From Dudresnaya verticillata (Eukaryota), in assembly GCA_977862235.1 (NCBI GenBank), contig OZ374566.1, positions 992,001 to 1,056,000 of the forward strand: DNA of 64,000 bases, read 5' to 3'. A program made the translations under genes and the position numbers. This document shows positions 11,660 to 24,331 of this stretch, in pieces. Below the pieces are notes generated by a model. The model did no database searches, was not told where the DNA came from, and worked only from the letters and a program-made list of their open reading frames with translations. The first letter of the stretch is position 1; each line of letters begins with the position of its first letter.

Positions 11660-14600
11660 GGTTTGAAGTCGTACCAGCATCCGTCTGTCCACTGCGTCCG
11701 CCACCGCATCAGATTCACAGCTAAGTCTCGTGACGACGGGGCCCTGGCCATTCCAGGGACCGGCATATGGGGTGACAGGTTCTCTGGCAAAGGGCAGGAT
11801 TCACAGCTCGAAACAAAGAACCAGCTCAACCCGGCTCAAAACCTCGGCCGACGGTCAGTCGCCGTCGGCTTCTGTCCGCGCGACAAAAGTGAACCACGCG
11901 TGCGGCACACGCCAACAATAGAATTCAAAAGTAGACCAGCACGGGGCGAGCAACACCCACTTTCGAAATCCCTTCAAAGGCGCGTTCCCGTGTCTGTCCT
12001 ATGGCGTCTTACTGTACCGCATTGGACATTCTTGACGCGTCTATTCTTCGCCCCCGTGGCTCGCCAACAGACCCTGTCAGTCAGTCAGAGGCGCTTGTGC
12101 TTGCTCTTCCTACGCACTATAGATACCTTGGTGGAATCGCAGATCCAAAACCTTCGTTCTGAGTTCTGGAAGTAGCAACTGTCTCCTCTCCTCCCGCAGC
12201 TAGAGCTGCACAGTTAACTTGCGTCAGATGTCTCTTCCGGCTTCGTTGGGACTCGCAAATGAGTACCATTGTCAGAACTCGGAACAACAACGGTGAATGA
12301 ATCTTAGAACATCGTGGCTTTGTTCTTCCGCCGGTGCTCTCCACTGCGTCATACAAAACCCTCCTTGGACCTGATTTAGGATACTGTGATGCAATAGCTC
12401 ACGCCGAATCCACAGGCTCCGCAATGGAACGATGTAGGCCGGCCTCAGCCATGACGACCAACGAATACTTCGCTGCAGCTACATTGCGTACTGTACCCTT
12501 ACTACTCCGTTCCGGAAAACACAAAACTGGTGTTGTAGTAGAAGTATACCGAAAATAGCTATTGGTAAGATGCTTCATGCGACAGAACTTCTACAGAAGC
12601 ATCACTGCACTCAGGACTAAATATGTTGGTTATTGCTTACATTCTATGAAGAGCCACTGACGCCCCTGATATGAAAAGAAGGCACATTGATGAAGCCCCA
12701 CAACAAAAACTGGTGTCAACAGTCATGAAGGCCTGTGCAATGAGAATCTTCACCTCCGCAACCACCCGAGGAGATCGTGCGCTTATTTTTGTTGATGGTT
12801 CTTACGCAGCTCTCGCTAGTTTTTCCTTTCTTATAAAATTGAGCCCTTCTACGAATCTAAGCCCCCATCCTTACAAACACTAGCTACGCAGAGAGTGCAG
12901 ACAGACATACTTTCCCATCTATGGCATTTGAAGACGCAAGACGGAAAAGCTGAACCTGCGTCCTGCCCTTTCTGTACGCTGTGTCAACATCAGACCTGAT
13001 GATTACACCTGATTTTGCATACTATACGGAGTGAGCAGGAACTAGGTAGACAAGGATAACGTTATTTCTAAGTGCATTACCGCGTTTGTGCTGATAATGT
13101 GTTTGTCAGTTTGCCATCCCTATTTTGAGCAAATTCGTAGCAATTGAGCTTTTCCCCTGGGACAGCATGCTTGTTGCACTACTGTTTCACGGATTACAAT
13201 AGTCTGCGCAATTTCGCTTGCGCAGACCACTGCGATGGAAAATGATTTTCGAACAGTCTGTGGAGTCTTTACCTTCACTCTGGGCTGTTTTCTAACAAGG
13301 CACAATGCCGTCCACTTCCATCTGTTGAACATGAAATGAACTTGTAGGGTTTATATTTATCCTTCAGGCCTTTTGATTTCTAATCTCGTTCAGCAATGCG
13401 AAGTTGTTACTCAAAATTAGTACGCTGTAACGGCAGAATGTCTAAACATATGTCAGCACTAAAATGAACTGAGAGACCATTGACCGCAATGTATGCTATA
13501 TAGCGCTCTTGCACAATCGCATTTTTTCTCAACGCTCAACTAGCATATGCAGTCAAAAGTATTTGTCGTGCTGATGCTGTTAAAACCTGCCTGTTTTTCA
13601 TATCATGTTTGCAAAATGGCGTCGAACGCAAATATTAGGACGCGAAGGCTATTACGGACGCAATCTGCCGAGAATCTATATATGCGGTCTGTGCTTTCAT
13701 TTCATCCTTCTATGCAATCTAAATGCTCCATCCAGCGTGACAAGTTGCTGACCTGGGTTCACTACCTAGTCGATGCCTACATTGTACAGTTGAAAACCAT
13801 ATGTTCCGTTTGGTCATCGGAACTTGAGTGCAGTCGTGTATACGACTCCACTACTGATGACGGTCGTTCTCTCATTTTCGTGTTGAAATATCGTTACGAA
13901 CCCGATAATTGATGTTCGGGTGCTGATAGTCTCAAAAAAGACAAGCTCTATGGCACATAGTAAAGTTCATTATACAGGAGGTAGTAAAGGCTGCACTGGC
14001 AAGTGACACACTACACATTTCGTATTGAAAGTCCGGAAGTTAGAAGGGCATTGTACTTACATACAAACGGTTCAGAAGGGAAAGAACGTCATTCCATGGG
14101 AGCTGTTGTCTGCCTTCGAAAGGCTTTTCCACCCGCAGTGCATTCGTTATGCTTGTGCTGCAGCAAAGGGTTCAACGCCTTACAATGATACAAAGAAAAG
14201 GGCATCGGTGAGCGCACTCCACTCCATGTGTGCCCACGAACAGCAAACGAGAGACGCAACTTTTTACAATCGGTCATCTCCTGGGTACATCTAGAGTAGT
14301 TCGTGATGTGAGGAGGTTTGTTATGTGTTGTGCAACTGGAAAGAGCGCAATGGGATCACATATCCAATATGTTTATATTTGTACGCCTTGCCTTCAAAGA
14401 CATATATAGATCTCTTCTACATGGCCGCACGTTTGGAACAAGAAGTTCGCTGGGACTTGCAGTTAACGATTACCTGAACGCTGGATCGAAGTGATCCACA
14501 AAGAGGAAACTTTTTTCTGAAGGGATGAGGGATCAAGAATATCTTGAAACCTTTCCAGTGTATATCTATGGAATCTAGGCCACTGGGCATGTTCCAAAAA

Positions 14601-15324
14601 GAAATCAGTACCCAAGTTGGGACACTGCGTTCTGTTGAACCTCTTGGTATGCAGCACATGCCGGTAGGATTACAGTTACAGGACAATAAACCGCATGCAA
14701 AGAAGTGTGTAGTAGTGTTGCTATCATGAAGCGTTTAACGACATCATCATGTGAAGAACAGGGACTTCTCTAAAATGTGGGGCGCATATTAAGTGCCGTA
14801 GTCTTTTCTATGCGCCAAGGAAGGAAATGTCACAAACACGCCCCAATTATTGAGATGAACAGACCTATTGACAAGAATATACCTATCTTATCTCGGGAAG
14901 GAACCGAAGGCTGATCCCGGTTCAACAAGCAGCCCTCCGCAATCATTGATTTCATTTAGCGTGTGTGTCCGAGTTTGATAATTGCTTACAACGGATCACA
15001 TGGATGGTACTGTAGACATCTGAACTGTGGAACGCGTTGAGTCCCTTTTATGAGGAATCATGGCGTGGTCCTTCATTCGCAGCATTAGTTTTGTACATTA
15101 CATTCTGAAGACCATTTCATTGCTTGAGGAGAGAGAAAGGACAAAGGCGAGGAGGTAATCAATAATCTTACGCAACCTGTACAAAAGTGATACTGTACCA
15201 TCAGTATTTATAAAGGTAACGATCGAGGGCTGCTCATGCTTCGCGACAGAAAGTTGTCTCCTGCGCTTAGCCAGTTGGTACAGTCCGTGTACTTCTTCTC
15301 TCCAACTTTCTCATATGTGCTGAC

Positions 15325-15384
15325 AAAGAGTACAACTCCACTGAATAGCAACCGAAAGAGTACAACTCCACTGAATAGCAACCG
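15325..15384. repeat. Exact 30-bp tandem duplication (AAAGAGTACAACTCCACTGAATAGCAACCG x2)
   Basis: Seen directly. Confidence 0.95.
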
Positions 15385-16276
15385 ATCAGATGGGGACACT
15401 ACTTTTGAATCAATGACAGAATCTGTCTTTTCCAAGAAATCTGAGACGAAGATGTGTTCAGCACCTCCTGATTAGAACGAAACTTTAGAGAACCTTTTTG
15501 TCTATTCTACACCTCAAATAAAATCCACGTTGGATTTCTGTTATTGCTACAGGTGCTTCAACTAAGATCGGGCATAGAGCACATCACGGCTCCCAACAAA
15601 GACTCCAGTCACACCGACTCTGCCCATACTGCAGAGTGCTGTTTTGCATCTTGCGTCAGAGGGATACCAACATGGTGACTTTCCCAATGAAGTAGACATC
15701 TATGTAGATGTTCCAAAATACCATTCCTTTCCTGACCAAGCAGATGCCCACATGAATGCAGTCACCTTTTGGAGTATTTTCTGCTCTGTAGCAAGAGCGA
15801 GAGTGGGCACTGTACCTCTACACATGTAGCAATGGGGATAGTAGAACGTCTTAAGTGTCCTTTGTGGAACAAGAAATATGACGCGGCATTTGCCACCGCG
15901 GTGGAACCATGACAATGAGGAGAAACGAAGTTGAACATCCCATCGCAAGTGACGAGCATACCTAGCTAGGCTTCTGTAGCATTTTATTTCTGCATAAAGG
16001 AAGAGCGATGTACCTTGTGCTGTCATCAGTGAGAATGATAGGGCTGGGCTCCATAATGAGCAACTACTAAAGCCAGGGATGGGCAGGGAGGCAGTCATGA
16101 CCATCCTTTTTACACTTTCTTGATGATTATTTCTTGCAATATAATCTCGAAAACTCCCTCAACCATGCACTGGCGCACTACCTGTGTACTTGTACAGCAT
16201 CACTTGATACTTCGAAATGAATGATCCCACGGAAATGCAGATTCCCAGTAACCATACCCGATCTGCTTGAAGCAAA

Positions 16277-17413
16277 ATGTGCGACGGACCTCCCACCCCT
16301 CGCGCTGCACTACCAGACTGGACACACTGGACGCATCTTTTGGTAGGGTGGCCGGAGCGGCCGGACACATGGCGAGACTGCGGGCGACCTGCACAACTTG
16401 CGATGGCTGGATTCATCCTTTCCGTTCTCAACAACGTGGAACATGTGGTGGTTGTAGTCGCTGTAGACAACCGCAGCAAGAGTTTGACACGCGTTCGCGA
16501 TGTGCTAGAAGATGCCGTAAAGAGCTTTACCCATCGGTTACAATTGCTGCCACTGGCCATGGATGACTGCTGGGTACGTGACACAAGCCCAATCTTAGTT
16601 GACGGCAATACTGGCGTCTGTTTTGGCTTTAACGCCTGGGGTGGGGACATGGGTGGTTGTTATCGGGACTACGCTCGAGATGCTGAAGTGGGTCGCCATG
16701 TTTGCAAGGCATTCAATTTAAGGTATGAAAAGGTAGGAATGGTGCTTGAGGGAGGCGCGATTTGTAGCGACGGTGAAGGCACCATCATTGCGACAAGGGA
16801 GTGTGTACTGAATGGGAACCGCAATGGCAACATGTCGGAAGAGCATGTGGAGCGAATTCTCGGCGAGGCCATTGGGGCGCGAAAAGTAATCTGGTTAGAT
16901 CATGGAGCTTCCTTTGATGGGGATACGGACGGCCATGTGGATAATTTGGTCAGGTATACGCGGCCGGGCCGAGTAGTATTGCTATGGTCGGAGCCGCATG
17001 AGTGTGAGGAGCAGCATAATCGGAGCGCTGCAGCTTTGCGCGTTCTGGAGAGAAGCGTTGACGCAAAGGGGAGGGGGATAGAAGTAATCAAGGTACCCAT
17101 GGGGCTTGCGTTGAAGCGAGAGGCAGAGGAGGCTGGGGGGCTGGAAGTGGTTGAAGGAACAAAGCTCAGACCAGTTGGGGAAGCTCTATGCGCGAGCTAC
17201 GTGAATGTTGTGCAGGTAGACGACGTGGTGTTTGCTCCTTCTTTCGGAGATTCCCGCTCGGATGAACGGGCAAAAGCAGCGCTTGAGGACGGCTTCAAGT
17301 GCGGGAGGATTGTCATGGTACCAGCGAAGGAGTTTGTCCTGGCGGGGGGTGGTTTGCATTGCCTTACTGCGGGGATCCGAACACAGGCAGACAACCTGCG
17401 ACTGTCTTCCTGA
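16277..17413 (+). CDS. aguA: Agmatine deiminase (PAD_porph / agmatine iminohydrolase family)
   Basis: Motifs WPERPDTWR, DDCWVRDTSP, FNAWGG, LEGGAICSDGEGT, DTDGHVDNL, SYVN and the catalytic GGGLHC. Intronless, 378 aa. Confidence 0.93.
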   Translation: MCDGPPTPRAALPDWTHWTHLLVGWPERPDTWRDCGRPAQLAMAGFILSVLNNVEHVVVVVAVDNRSKSLTRVRDVLEDAVKSFTHRLQLLPLAMDDCWVRDTSPILVDGNTGVCFGFNAWGGDMGGCYRDYARDAEVGRHVCKAFNLRYEKVGMVLEGGAICSDGEGTIIATRECVLNGNRNGNMSEEHVERILGEAIGARKVIWLDHGASFDGDTDGHVDNLVRYTRPGRVVLLWSEPHECEEQHNRSAAALRVLERSVDAKGRGIEVIKVPMGLALKREAEEAGGLEVVEGTKLRPVGEALCASYVNVVQVDDVVFAPSFGDSRSDERAKAALEDGFKCGRIVMVPAKEFVLAGGGLHCLTAGIRTQADNLRLSS

Positions 17414-18718
17414 CGATAATTAAATGCTTGCATCAGGAGCTTGCACGATGACAACGGTCCAGAAACCCGAAAGCTGTGGTGCCGGGCCTCCCGAGCAAAA
17501 AGCAAGGCACACCACGGCATCTTCGACATCGCAGATGTACAATCGAAATGCAGAGACAGCTCAAGAGCTGCTCGGTTTCTACATTGTTGTCATTGAAGTT
17601 GTATCTTCATCAGCAACTAGCTGTTGAAGCAATTAGAGCTGCCATGCCGCATACTTCTCGTGTAGGCAATGTGGGCAAACAGGTGCTTCACAAACAAGAC
17701 GTCAATCGAAGAGCGCGGCTCAGTAGCAACCGCAGCTTTACCACACAGGAACTATTTGACACTATTTACTACCACTTCGCCGCTATTCTCGCAAGAGGCA
17801 TCGAGGAGCAAAACAACCCACAGGAGATTCGGAAGTGCGCAATCCCACCAAAAGCCCACACGTCATCTGCATCTCGTGCTGTAGCGAATTCTCCATTGCA
17901 ACTTTGCCAGTGCAGCAGAGTCAGAAGAAGCATTCAACCCGCCACCATGCGGAACTTTCCACAACGTGGTTGGTTGAGCCGATGAAGTGAATGGTTGTGG
18001 TTGCGCGGAACCAACCAACGACTCTTCACCCAGCGCAGCGACACTTGTCGCCATAGCAACTTCTCTTGGCGCTTCATGCTTCGTAAAACACCCATCAACA
18101 TTCACACTCAACCGTCGAAAATACGGTCGTCGTCCCGCTAGCACACGTCCTGCCCAACCAACGGGTTCGTTGTGCCAGATGCGAGCAGATGCGCCTCTCG
18201 ATTGCAAATTGCATTACCCAATCGCTGTTCGCATGGGCTCACGTCTATGGGCGCGTTCGGTCGCGGCAAAACTTCCCAATACCCCCCCAGAAAACATCTC
18301 CCAGTTCTACTGTTTCAACACTCTTTCCACAAGGCCTCTGGCCATCCCGCCACTCACATGTCGCGACGAGCACATGATATCCTGCCCGACGGTGCAGGAG
18401 AAACCTACTTCAGGTGACCACACCTTGTAACCTCGCTGCATCTAGCAGCCCCCAGACCCATCCCTAGAAGTCTACACACAATTCCAGGTTCACTTCCGAA
18501 GCACCCGCGGCTGACCTCCAGTGTACTTAGTCACCAGCGGCTGCTGCCGAGACACACAGCTTCCTACCCCCACCTTCCCTAACAAATACTGTCGTACGTG
18601 CAAGCTCACCCACGCAAAAGAGGCCAGCACAGCATCGTCTGGATTCTACACTTGCACTGCAGACGTCTTCTCTCCAACACAAGGTCTGCAAATTCTTGCA
18701 GAGACCCTCAATTAACCA

Positions 18719-20944
18719 ATGGGCCTACTATCTGCCGGGACGCCTCTCAAGTGGCCTGACTCGGCCCCGTACCGACAAATAGTGAAGAGCGATGGCATCG
18801 AACAGTTTCTCTCTGTGTTTCATGCCGCGAAGAACTTCCACAACCATGACCTGAAATGGGGCGATGAAGTCGAGTACCTTCTGCTGTACATGGACCATGG
18901 CAAAGAGCGCACCACACTTTCCCTCCGCGCCCCGCAGCTCCTGGAAATCCTTCAGCGGGATGAGCACTCACAGCCCGAGGGTTCTTCTGTGCCAGTGCTT
19001 TGGCGACCTGAATACGCCAACTGGATGATTGAGGGTACTCCAGGTCTTCCATATCGTTGTTATGCGGCTGACCTCGTCAACGTTGAGCGCAATATGGCCC
19101 TTCGTCGCACCGAAATCGCTAGGCTGCTTGTGCCAGGTGAGACGGTGTTGACTCTGACGACATTTCCAAGGACAGGCTGCGGTGTATTCACCACACCACG
19201 TACTATCCCGTTCGGACCGGTTGCTAGATCTTTCTTCACCAGCGATGACGTGATCAACCCGCATCCTCGTTTTCCTACTCTGACCAACAACATTCGGACA
19301 CGCCGTGGAAGGAAGGTTAACATCGAAGTTCCTCTGTTCATCGATGAGCACACCAAATCGCTTCAGCACGTCATCCCCCGTGATCACGAGCAGCTATCGT
19401 TGCTGAAGCAAGCGGCTGACAAGTTTTCTCTGGAAGAAAAAGAATCGAGCCCTGATATAGCATTGCTCCAAAACGGGTTGGAAGCAACAGTCGACGAGAA
19501 AATTGTCATGGACTCAGCAGCATTCGGAATGGGTGCCTGTTGCCTCCAAGTTACCATTCAGGGCCGTGATTTGAGTCAGACGCGGTACCTATACGACCAG
19601 CTGGCGGTAATGGCCCCTCTCATGCTCGCCCTCACGGCTGCGACACCCGCTCTTCGTGGTCTGCTTGCTGATACTGATGTAAGATGGGATGTCATTTCAG
19701 CGGCCATGGATGACCGGACAGCTGAAGAATCCGAGACGGGACGGATTCCGAAATCTCGATACAGCTCCATTGATTGCTTTCTTTCTTCCCGAGAAAATTT
19801 GCATCCGGAATCTTACAACGATATTCCAGTTCCCATCAATGAACAAGCCTACCAAAGACTTATTGGAGGTGGTGTAGACCACATGCTTGCAAGACACATA
19901 GCACATTTGTTTATCCGCGACCCGCTGGCCATATATGCAGAGAAAGTGGAGCAGGATAACAGGACATCCACCGACCACTTCGAGAATATCCAAAGCACTA
20001 ATTGGAACACGGTTCGATTCAAGCCACCGCCACCAGGCACTGACATTGGATGGCGAACAGAATTCCGGTCCATGGAGGTGGGTCTGACAGACTTCGAGAA
20101 TGCTGCCTATTCAGTATTCATCGTGCTCCTCTCCAGAGTCATCCTAGCCTTCAATTTGAATTTCTATATTCCTATGTCCAAGGTTGATGAGAACATGGAA
20201 ACAGCACATCTAAGAAACGCAGTGCTGTCACAAGCCTTCCACTTCCGGAAGAATGTCTTCAAGTCTTCGGATGGCTCCGCATTTGTTTGCGAATGCGGTC
20301 ATATTCACAATGCAAGCCTGGTCGGTGGCCACGCAGAATGCGTTGATATCGACAATTTCTGTTCCAAGTCCGACGGTGACAGTTGCAGCTCAGATTCCGA
20401 CTCTGAACCGTACGAGTTGATGACAATTGATGAGATCTTCAACGGCAAACCATTATGCCGCAATGGGCAACAGGAAGGGTTCCAGTTCCCAGGACTGATT
20501 CCTTTGATGCGCGGATACCTTGATGCTCTCGAAATAGATGCGATGACCCGGTCCAAGTTGTTGACATACATCGATTTCATCTCTGATCGAGCTTCCGGAG
20601 AGCTCTGTACGACTGCGAACTACATTCGGAACTTCATCCGGCAACATCCAAGCTATCACGGCGATTCTGTCGTTTCAGACCCCGTCTGCTACGACCTCAT
20701 GAAAAGGTTGCAGGGGATTACTAGAGGTGAAGTGCAGGCTCCGGAGCTCTTGGGTCACTACCAAGCGGAGGGGATCTTCGGCGAGGTCGAGACTCCAGTG
20801 ACCATGATGGCGCGGATGCAGAAGAAGCCAGTCGGGCGTGAAGCAGTATTACTACATGGTACTTCCATGCCGAGATGGGCCTTGGACAGAACAATTACTG
20901 CAATCGCACGGCAAAGAACCGAGAATCGATGTGGGTGCACTTGA
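18719..20944 (+). CDS. GSH1: Glutamate-cysteine ligase catalytic subunit (animal/fungal-type gamma-GCS)
   Basis: Motifs MGLLSAGTPLKW, LKWGDEVEY, WRPEY, MIEGTPG, FGMGACCLQVT, KSRYSSID, HFENIQSTNW and GWRTEFRSMEV. Confidence 0.97.
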   Translation: MGLLSAGTPLKWPDSAPYRQIVKSDGIEQFLSVFHAAKNFHNHDLKWGDEVEYLLLYMDHGKERTTLSLRAPQLLEILQRDEHSQPEGSSVPVLWRPEYANWMIEGTPGLPYRCYAADLVNVERNMALRRTEIARLLVPGETVLTLTTFPRTGCGVFTTPRTIPFGPVARSFFTSDDVINPHPRFPTLTNNIRTRRGRKVNIEVPLFIDEHTKSLQHVIPRDHEQLSLLKQAADKFSLEEKESSPDIALLQNGLEATVDEKIVMDSAAFGMGACCLQVTIQGRDLSQTRYLYDQLAVMAPLMLALTAATPALRGLLADTDVRWDVISAAMDDRTAEESETGRIPKSRYSSIDCFLSSRENLHPESYNDIPVPINEQAYQRLIGGGVDHMLARHIAHLFIRDPLAIYAEKVEQDNRTSTDHFENIQSTNWNTVRFKPPPPGTDIGWRTEFRSMEVGLTDFENAAYSVFIVLLSRVILAFNLNFYIPMSKVDENMETAHLRNAVLSQAFHFRKNVFKSSDGSAFVCECGHIHNASLVGGHAECVDIDNFCSKSDGDSCSSDSDSEPYELMTIDEIFNGKPLCRNGQQEGFQFPGLIPLMRGYLDALEIDAMTRSKLLTYIDFISDRASGELCTTANYIRNFIRQHPSYHGDSVVSDPVCYDLMKRLQGITRGEVQAPELLGHYQAEGIFGEVETPVTMMARMQKKPVGREAVLLHGTSMPRWALDRTITAIARQRTENRCGCT

Positions 20945-21177
20945 TGTGAAACAATACATGAACACTTCAGGCCTGTAACGAAGAAAGAAACTAGTAACCT
21001 GTGATCGTAGATCGAAAACCGGTGTATCGAACTGAACGTAAATGCGAAAATGACTCAAATGGTTATTGATCAGAAGGTGCTGCAGCCCCGATCCCACCTA
21101 GCGTTGTAGATGAGACAGAGGGCATCGAAGCGTTGTTCCACACGGGGAACATTGCGTTCTTCTGTTCGTCATTCATG

Positions 21178-21363
21178 TCAGCTATTCTCAGCGGAAGAAG
21201 ACTCTCTGGCCAGAGCAGCTCGTCGGCCTCGCTCCCGCTGTGCATCTTTGTAGACGCCTTCTCGCATGCGGCGTATCTCCTTTTTTTGATCCCAGTGCAC
21301 GTAGGAGATAACAACTCCGGACGCTAGACATGTGAATGCAAGGAAAGCGTAAGCCTTGTTCAT
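21178..21363 (-). CDS. PET117: PET117-family cytochrome c oxidase assembly factor (61 aa)
   Basis: N-terminal hydrophobic helix followed by VHxxQxxExxxMREGVxKDxQR, matching the PET117 pattern as I recall it. Confidence 0.75.
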   Translation of the reverse strand: MNKAYAFLAFTCLASGVVISYVHWDQKKEIRRMREGVYKDAQRERGRRAALARESSSAENS

Positions 21364-22415
21364 GGTCTAGAAAGAGTTCAAAAATAGGGAGCGAAGAAAG
21401 GGTGTGCGTGGAATATCAGCAGACAAATTCTTTGCGCACGGAGTTCGGATGCAACCGCTTCAGAAATGAGGAAAAAGTCGGCAGGCTCCCGAAGGGCAGC
21501 TGCGATAACAGCGTTTTGTGACCCTTCTCGTAGGCACAAGAGTCGAGCCGAAGGTATGCTGCATAAAGTAAAAGACTGCTGGAAGCTGGCATCAACTTGC
21601 CCTTGCGAAAACTGGAGATGTGATGCAGCGAGCCACACGGTAAGCATATCGCTGTAAAGATTGTTCAGATCACCACGTGGAGCAGAAATCTCTTGAAAAT
21701 TTCAGAAAAACTGGCCTCTTCGTTTCTTCCATGAAGAGTCAAAATCATGACTTGACCGCCGGCGAAATCGAGGCTGTGGAACCTAGCAAAATGAGTACTT
21801 AAAGCGATGCGACCGCTCTCCGAGCCCCCGATCAGAGAGCTTGCCTTCCCTTTTCAGAACCGTACTGGGAAGCCAGATCGGATGAAAAGGCGAGTTGAGG
21901 TCGGTACTGGTGTATCCATGCGCCCCCCGAATAACGATCTCATCCAGGCAAGCGCTCTGTTGATTCGCAATAAGAGGTAAGCCCTCCATGATTCCTGCTT
22001 TTGTGGAGCGCAAACTATGAAGAGGATACAGAACTCGCACTGTCTTACGCCGTCATACGGCGACTGATGAGATGTTCTTTACTTAATGCTGTTTACCCGT
22101 CTGAGTTTGAGTTATCCATTTCTTGTTGTCGAGCACACTCTAACCTGAATTTGTTTGTGTGCGTTCGTCTCTCGCGAAGTCGTTGCCAACCGTACGTCTC
22201 AAGGCCTGACTTCGATTCTCCGTGGACTTCCGCTGTGGCGAGTTGCTAGGATTGTTTTATGTTTACATTTTCGAATACAGATTACGATCTCGAATACAGA
22301 ACAGGCTTTGACATAATGTTGGCCTAGTTGCAGTTAACAGTTTTCCTGCTCGAAACTGAAGTTTCGATAATAGCTTTCCTTTTACATTTTCGGACGTTGG
22401 GCATACGATCTGATT

Positions 22416-24331
22416 TTACATACCAAAAGCACCAACATGCGGGATATGGATGGAATGGATGGCGATGTAAGTCGCAATTCCGGCAGCGAACCCAGCCAGT
22501 GTTGGCAGGCTGACCTTCTTCGCGTACCAACCGAACTCGACACGCTCCATTCCCCTTCAGGTGGAGAAAACGAGCACAAAAGTCAAATGAAAAAGTCAGT
22601 CAGTAACGCGGGAAAGACCGAAGGTACATATGTCGACAACATGACCGATCGTGCGCGGCTTTCGAGCATTCGAAACGCGTTAGTTGAAAGAGAACAAATG
22701 GTAACCACGTACATGAAGGCGACTCCGGCAGCACTGCCAATAATTAGAATGCTGCCTCCAGTTCCGGCACAGAACGCAATCAGCTGCCACAAGCTAGCGT
22801 CTTGAGGTATCTGCTCCAATGAATACATTCCCATGGTTGCGGCGACGAGGGGGACGTTGTCGACAACAGAACTTAACAGCCCAATTGCTGTTGCAATAAG
22901 TTCACGGCTGGGCACATGGGCATCAAGGTACCGTGCCAGTTCTGACAAAAGACCTGCAGATTCCAGTCCACCAACTGCGAGCAAGATGCCAAGGAAGAAC
23001 AGTACTCCAGACGTATCTATTCTCTTCACCGCTGCTAAACCTCTAAGAGATTCTCTGTTCTCGCCAGCGTGAAGAGCATCAGTCATTACCCACAGCGTCC
23101 CAAGACCTGAGAGCATGCCGAGGTACGGCGGTAGGCCCGTCACCGCCTTAAACACTGGAACGGATACCAGAGCAGCTAGGCCACTCCAAAAAACAATTCC
23201 AGCCCTTGGAGCAAGCTCTCCGGAGCCTCCTTTTGGTCGTTCAAAATCACCGTCCCCTACCATTGGGGTGAAAAATGCAAGGGAAGTGATTAGCGAAACG
23301 AATGAGGGTAAGAACAGGTCCACCATGGTGCGCAAAGCGCTAATATTTCCGTGAACCCACAGCTGCGTTGTTGTCACATCACCAATTGGCGTCCACGCTC
23401 CGCCAGCATTTGCGGCAACAACCACAACCGCACCAAACAGCCATCGCTCTTTCGGATCTGCAACCAATTTTCGAAGGAGAGAGACGATGACAATTGTTGA
23501 CGTGAGGTTGTCGAGTACCGCGCTTACGAAGAAGGTTAGAATTCCTATCGTCCACAGCAAGACCTTGCGATTTTTGGTAGTGATGATGTCAGTGACCACT
23601 TTGAAACCTCTGTGCGCATCAATGATTTCCACAATTGTCATTGCACCGATCAAGAAGAACAGAATCTGAGAAATGTCGGCAACCTGCTCCGCGAGGAGCT
23701 CCTTCACATGCTGCCCTGCCGCCCCACCACCGGCGTCCGTCATAAGAACAGTCCATACGCCGACGCCCATCAGGAGAGCTACACCGGTCTTGTCAAAGGC
23801 AAGAGCCTCCTCCAAGATGATTCCCGCATACCCGAGAATAAAAATGCCGACAATGGCGAGATCCTCGTTCCCTTGTATCCAATTGTGCTGCAACAGCGCC
23901 GCGATGATCGCTACCACCACACCAACACCTCCTATACGCGCGGCATCTGGAGGGCCTTGATGAACTTCCTCCTCCGCAACAACGTCTTTTAGGGGCGACG
24001 GCCTAATCATATCGTGATCAGGCACTAAAATGGAAAGGTTTCCAGACGTGTCGGCCTGCTCACAGTCTGATGCGGTATCATCGAAGCTGATATCCGAGAT
24101 GCCATTGTCCGCGAAGGTTGTCGTTTCCATTTGGTCTGGTTCTGGCGCATTCATTGACACAGTTGCCCTACGCTGCACCGGTTGAGCTGCACGAAAAAGG
24201 AACCGATTCGCAATGGCAGGGACTATCGGGCTAGTCCCCAGAAAGGCAGGCCGAGCATGTACAGCTCCATGACTGACGAATACCAGCGGCCTTTGAAAGC
24301 CCAGTTTTTGCGGGCGGAAGGTCTTCTTCAT
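22416..24331 (-). CDS. NHD1: NhaD-type Na+/H+ antiporter (plastid NHD1-like), 585 aa; complement(join(22416..22554,22713..24331))
   Basis: Motifs LDNLTSTI, AANAGGAWTPIGDVTTT, VDNVPLVAA and AGTGGSILIIGSAAGVAF. An intron (gtacgt...tactgac...aag) restores the C-terminus MGMERVEFGWYAKKVS...AAGIATY. The N-terminus is basic and transit-peptide-like. Confidence 0.94.

Noticed and set aside
11690..11830. Hammerhead ribozyme
   Set aside because: CTGATG is followed by C rather than A, and no properly placed GAAA/NUH core with stems could be assembled.
15325..15384. 30-bp direct repeat as a CRISPR-like array
   Set aside because: Only two adjacent copies, no spacer, no cas genes, and a eukaryotic context.
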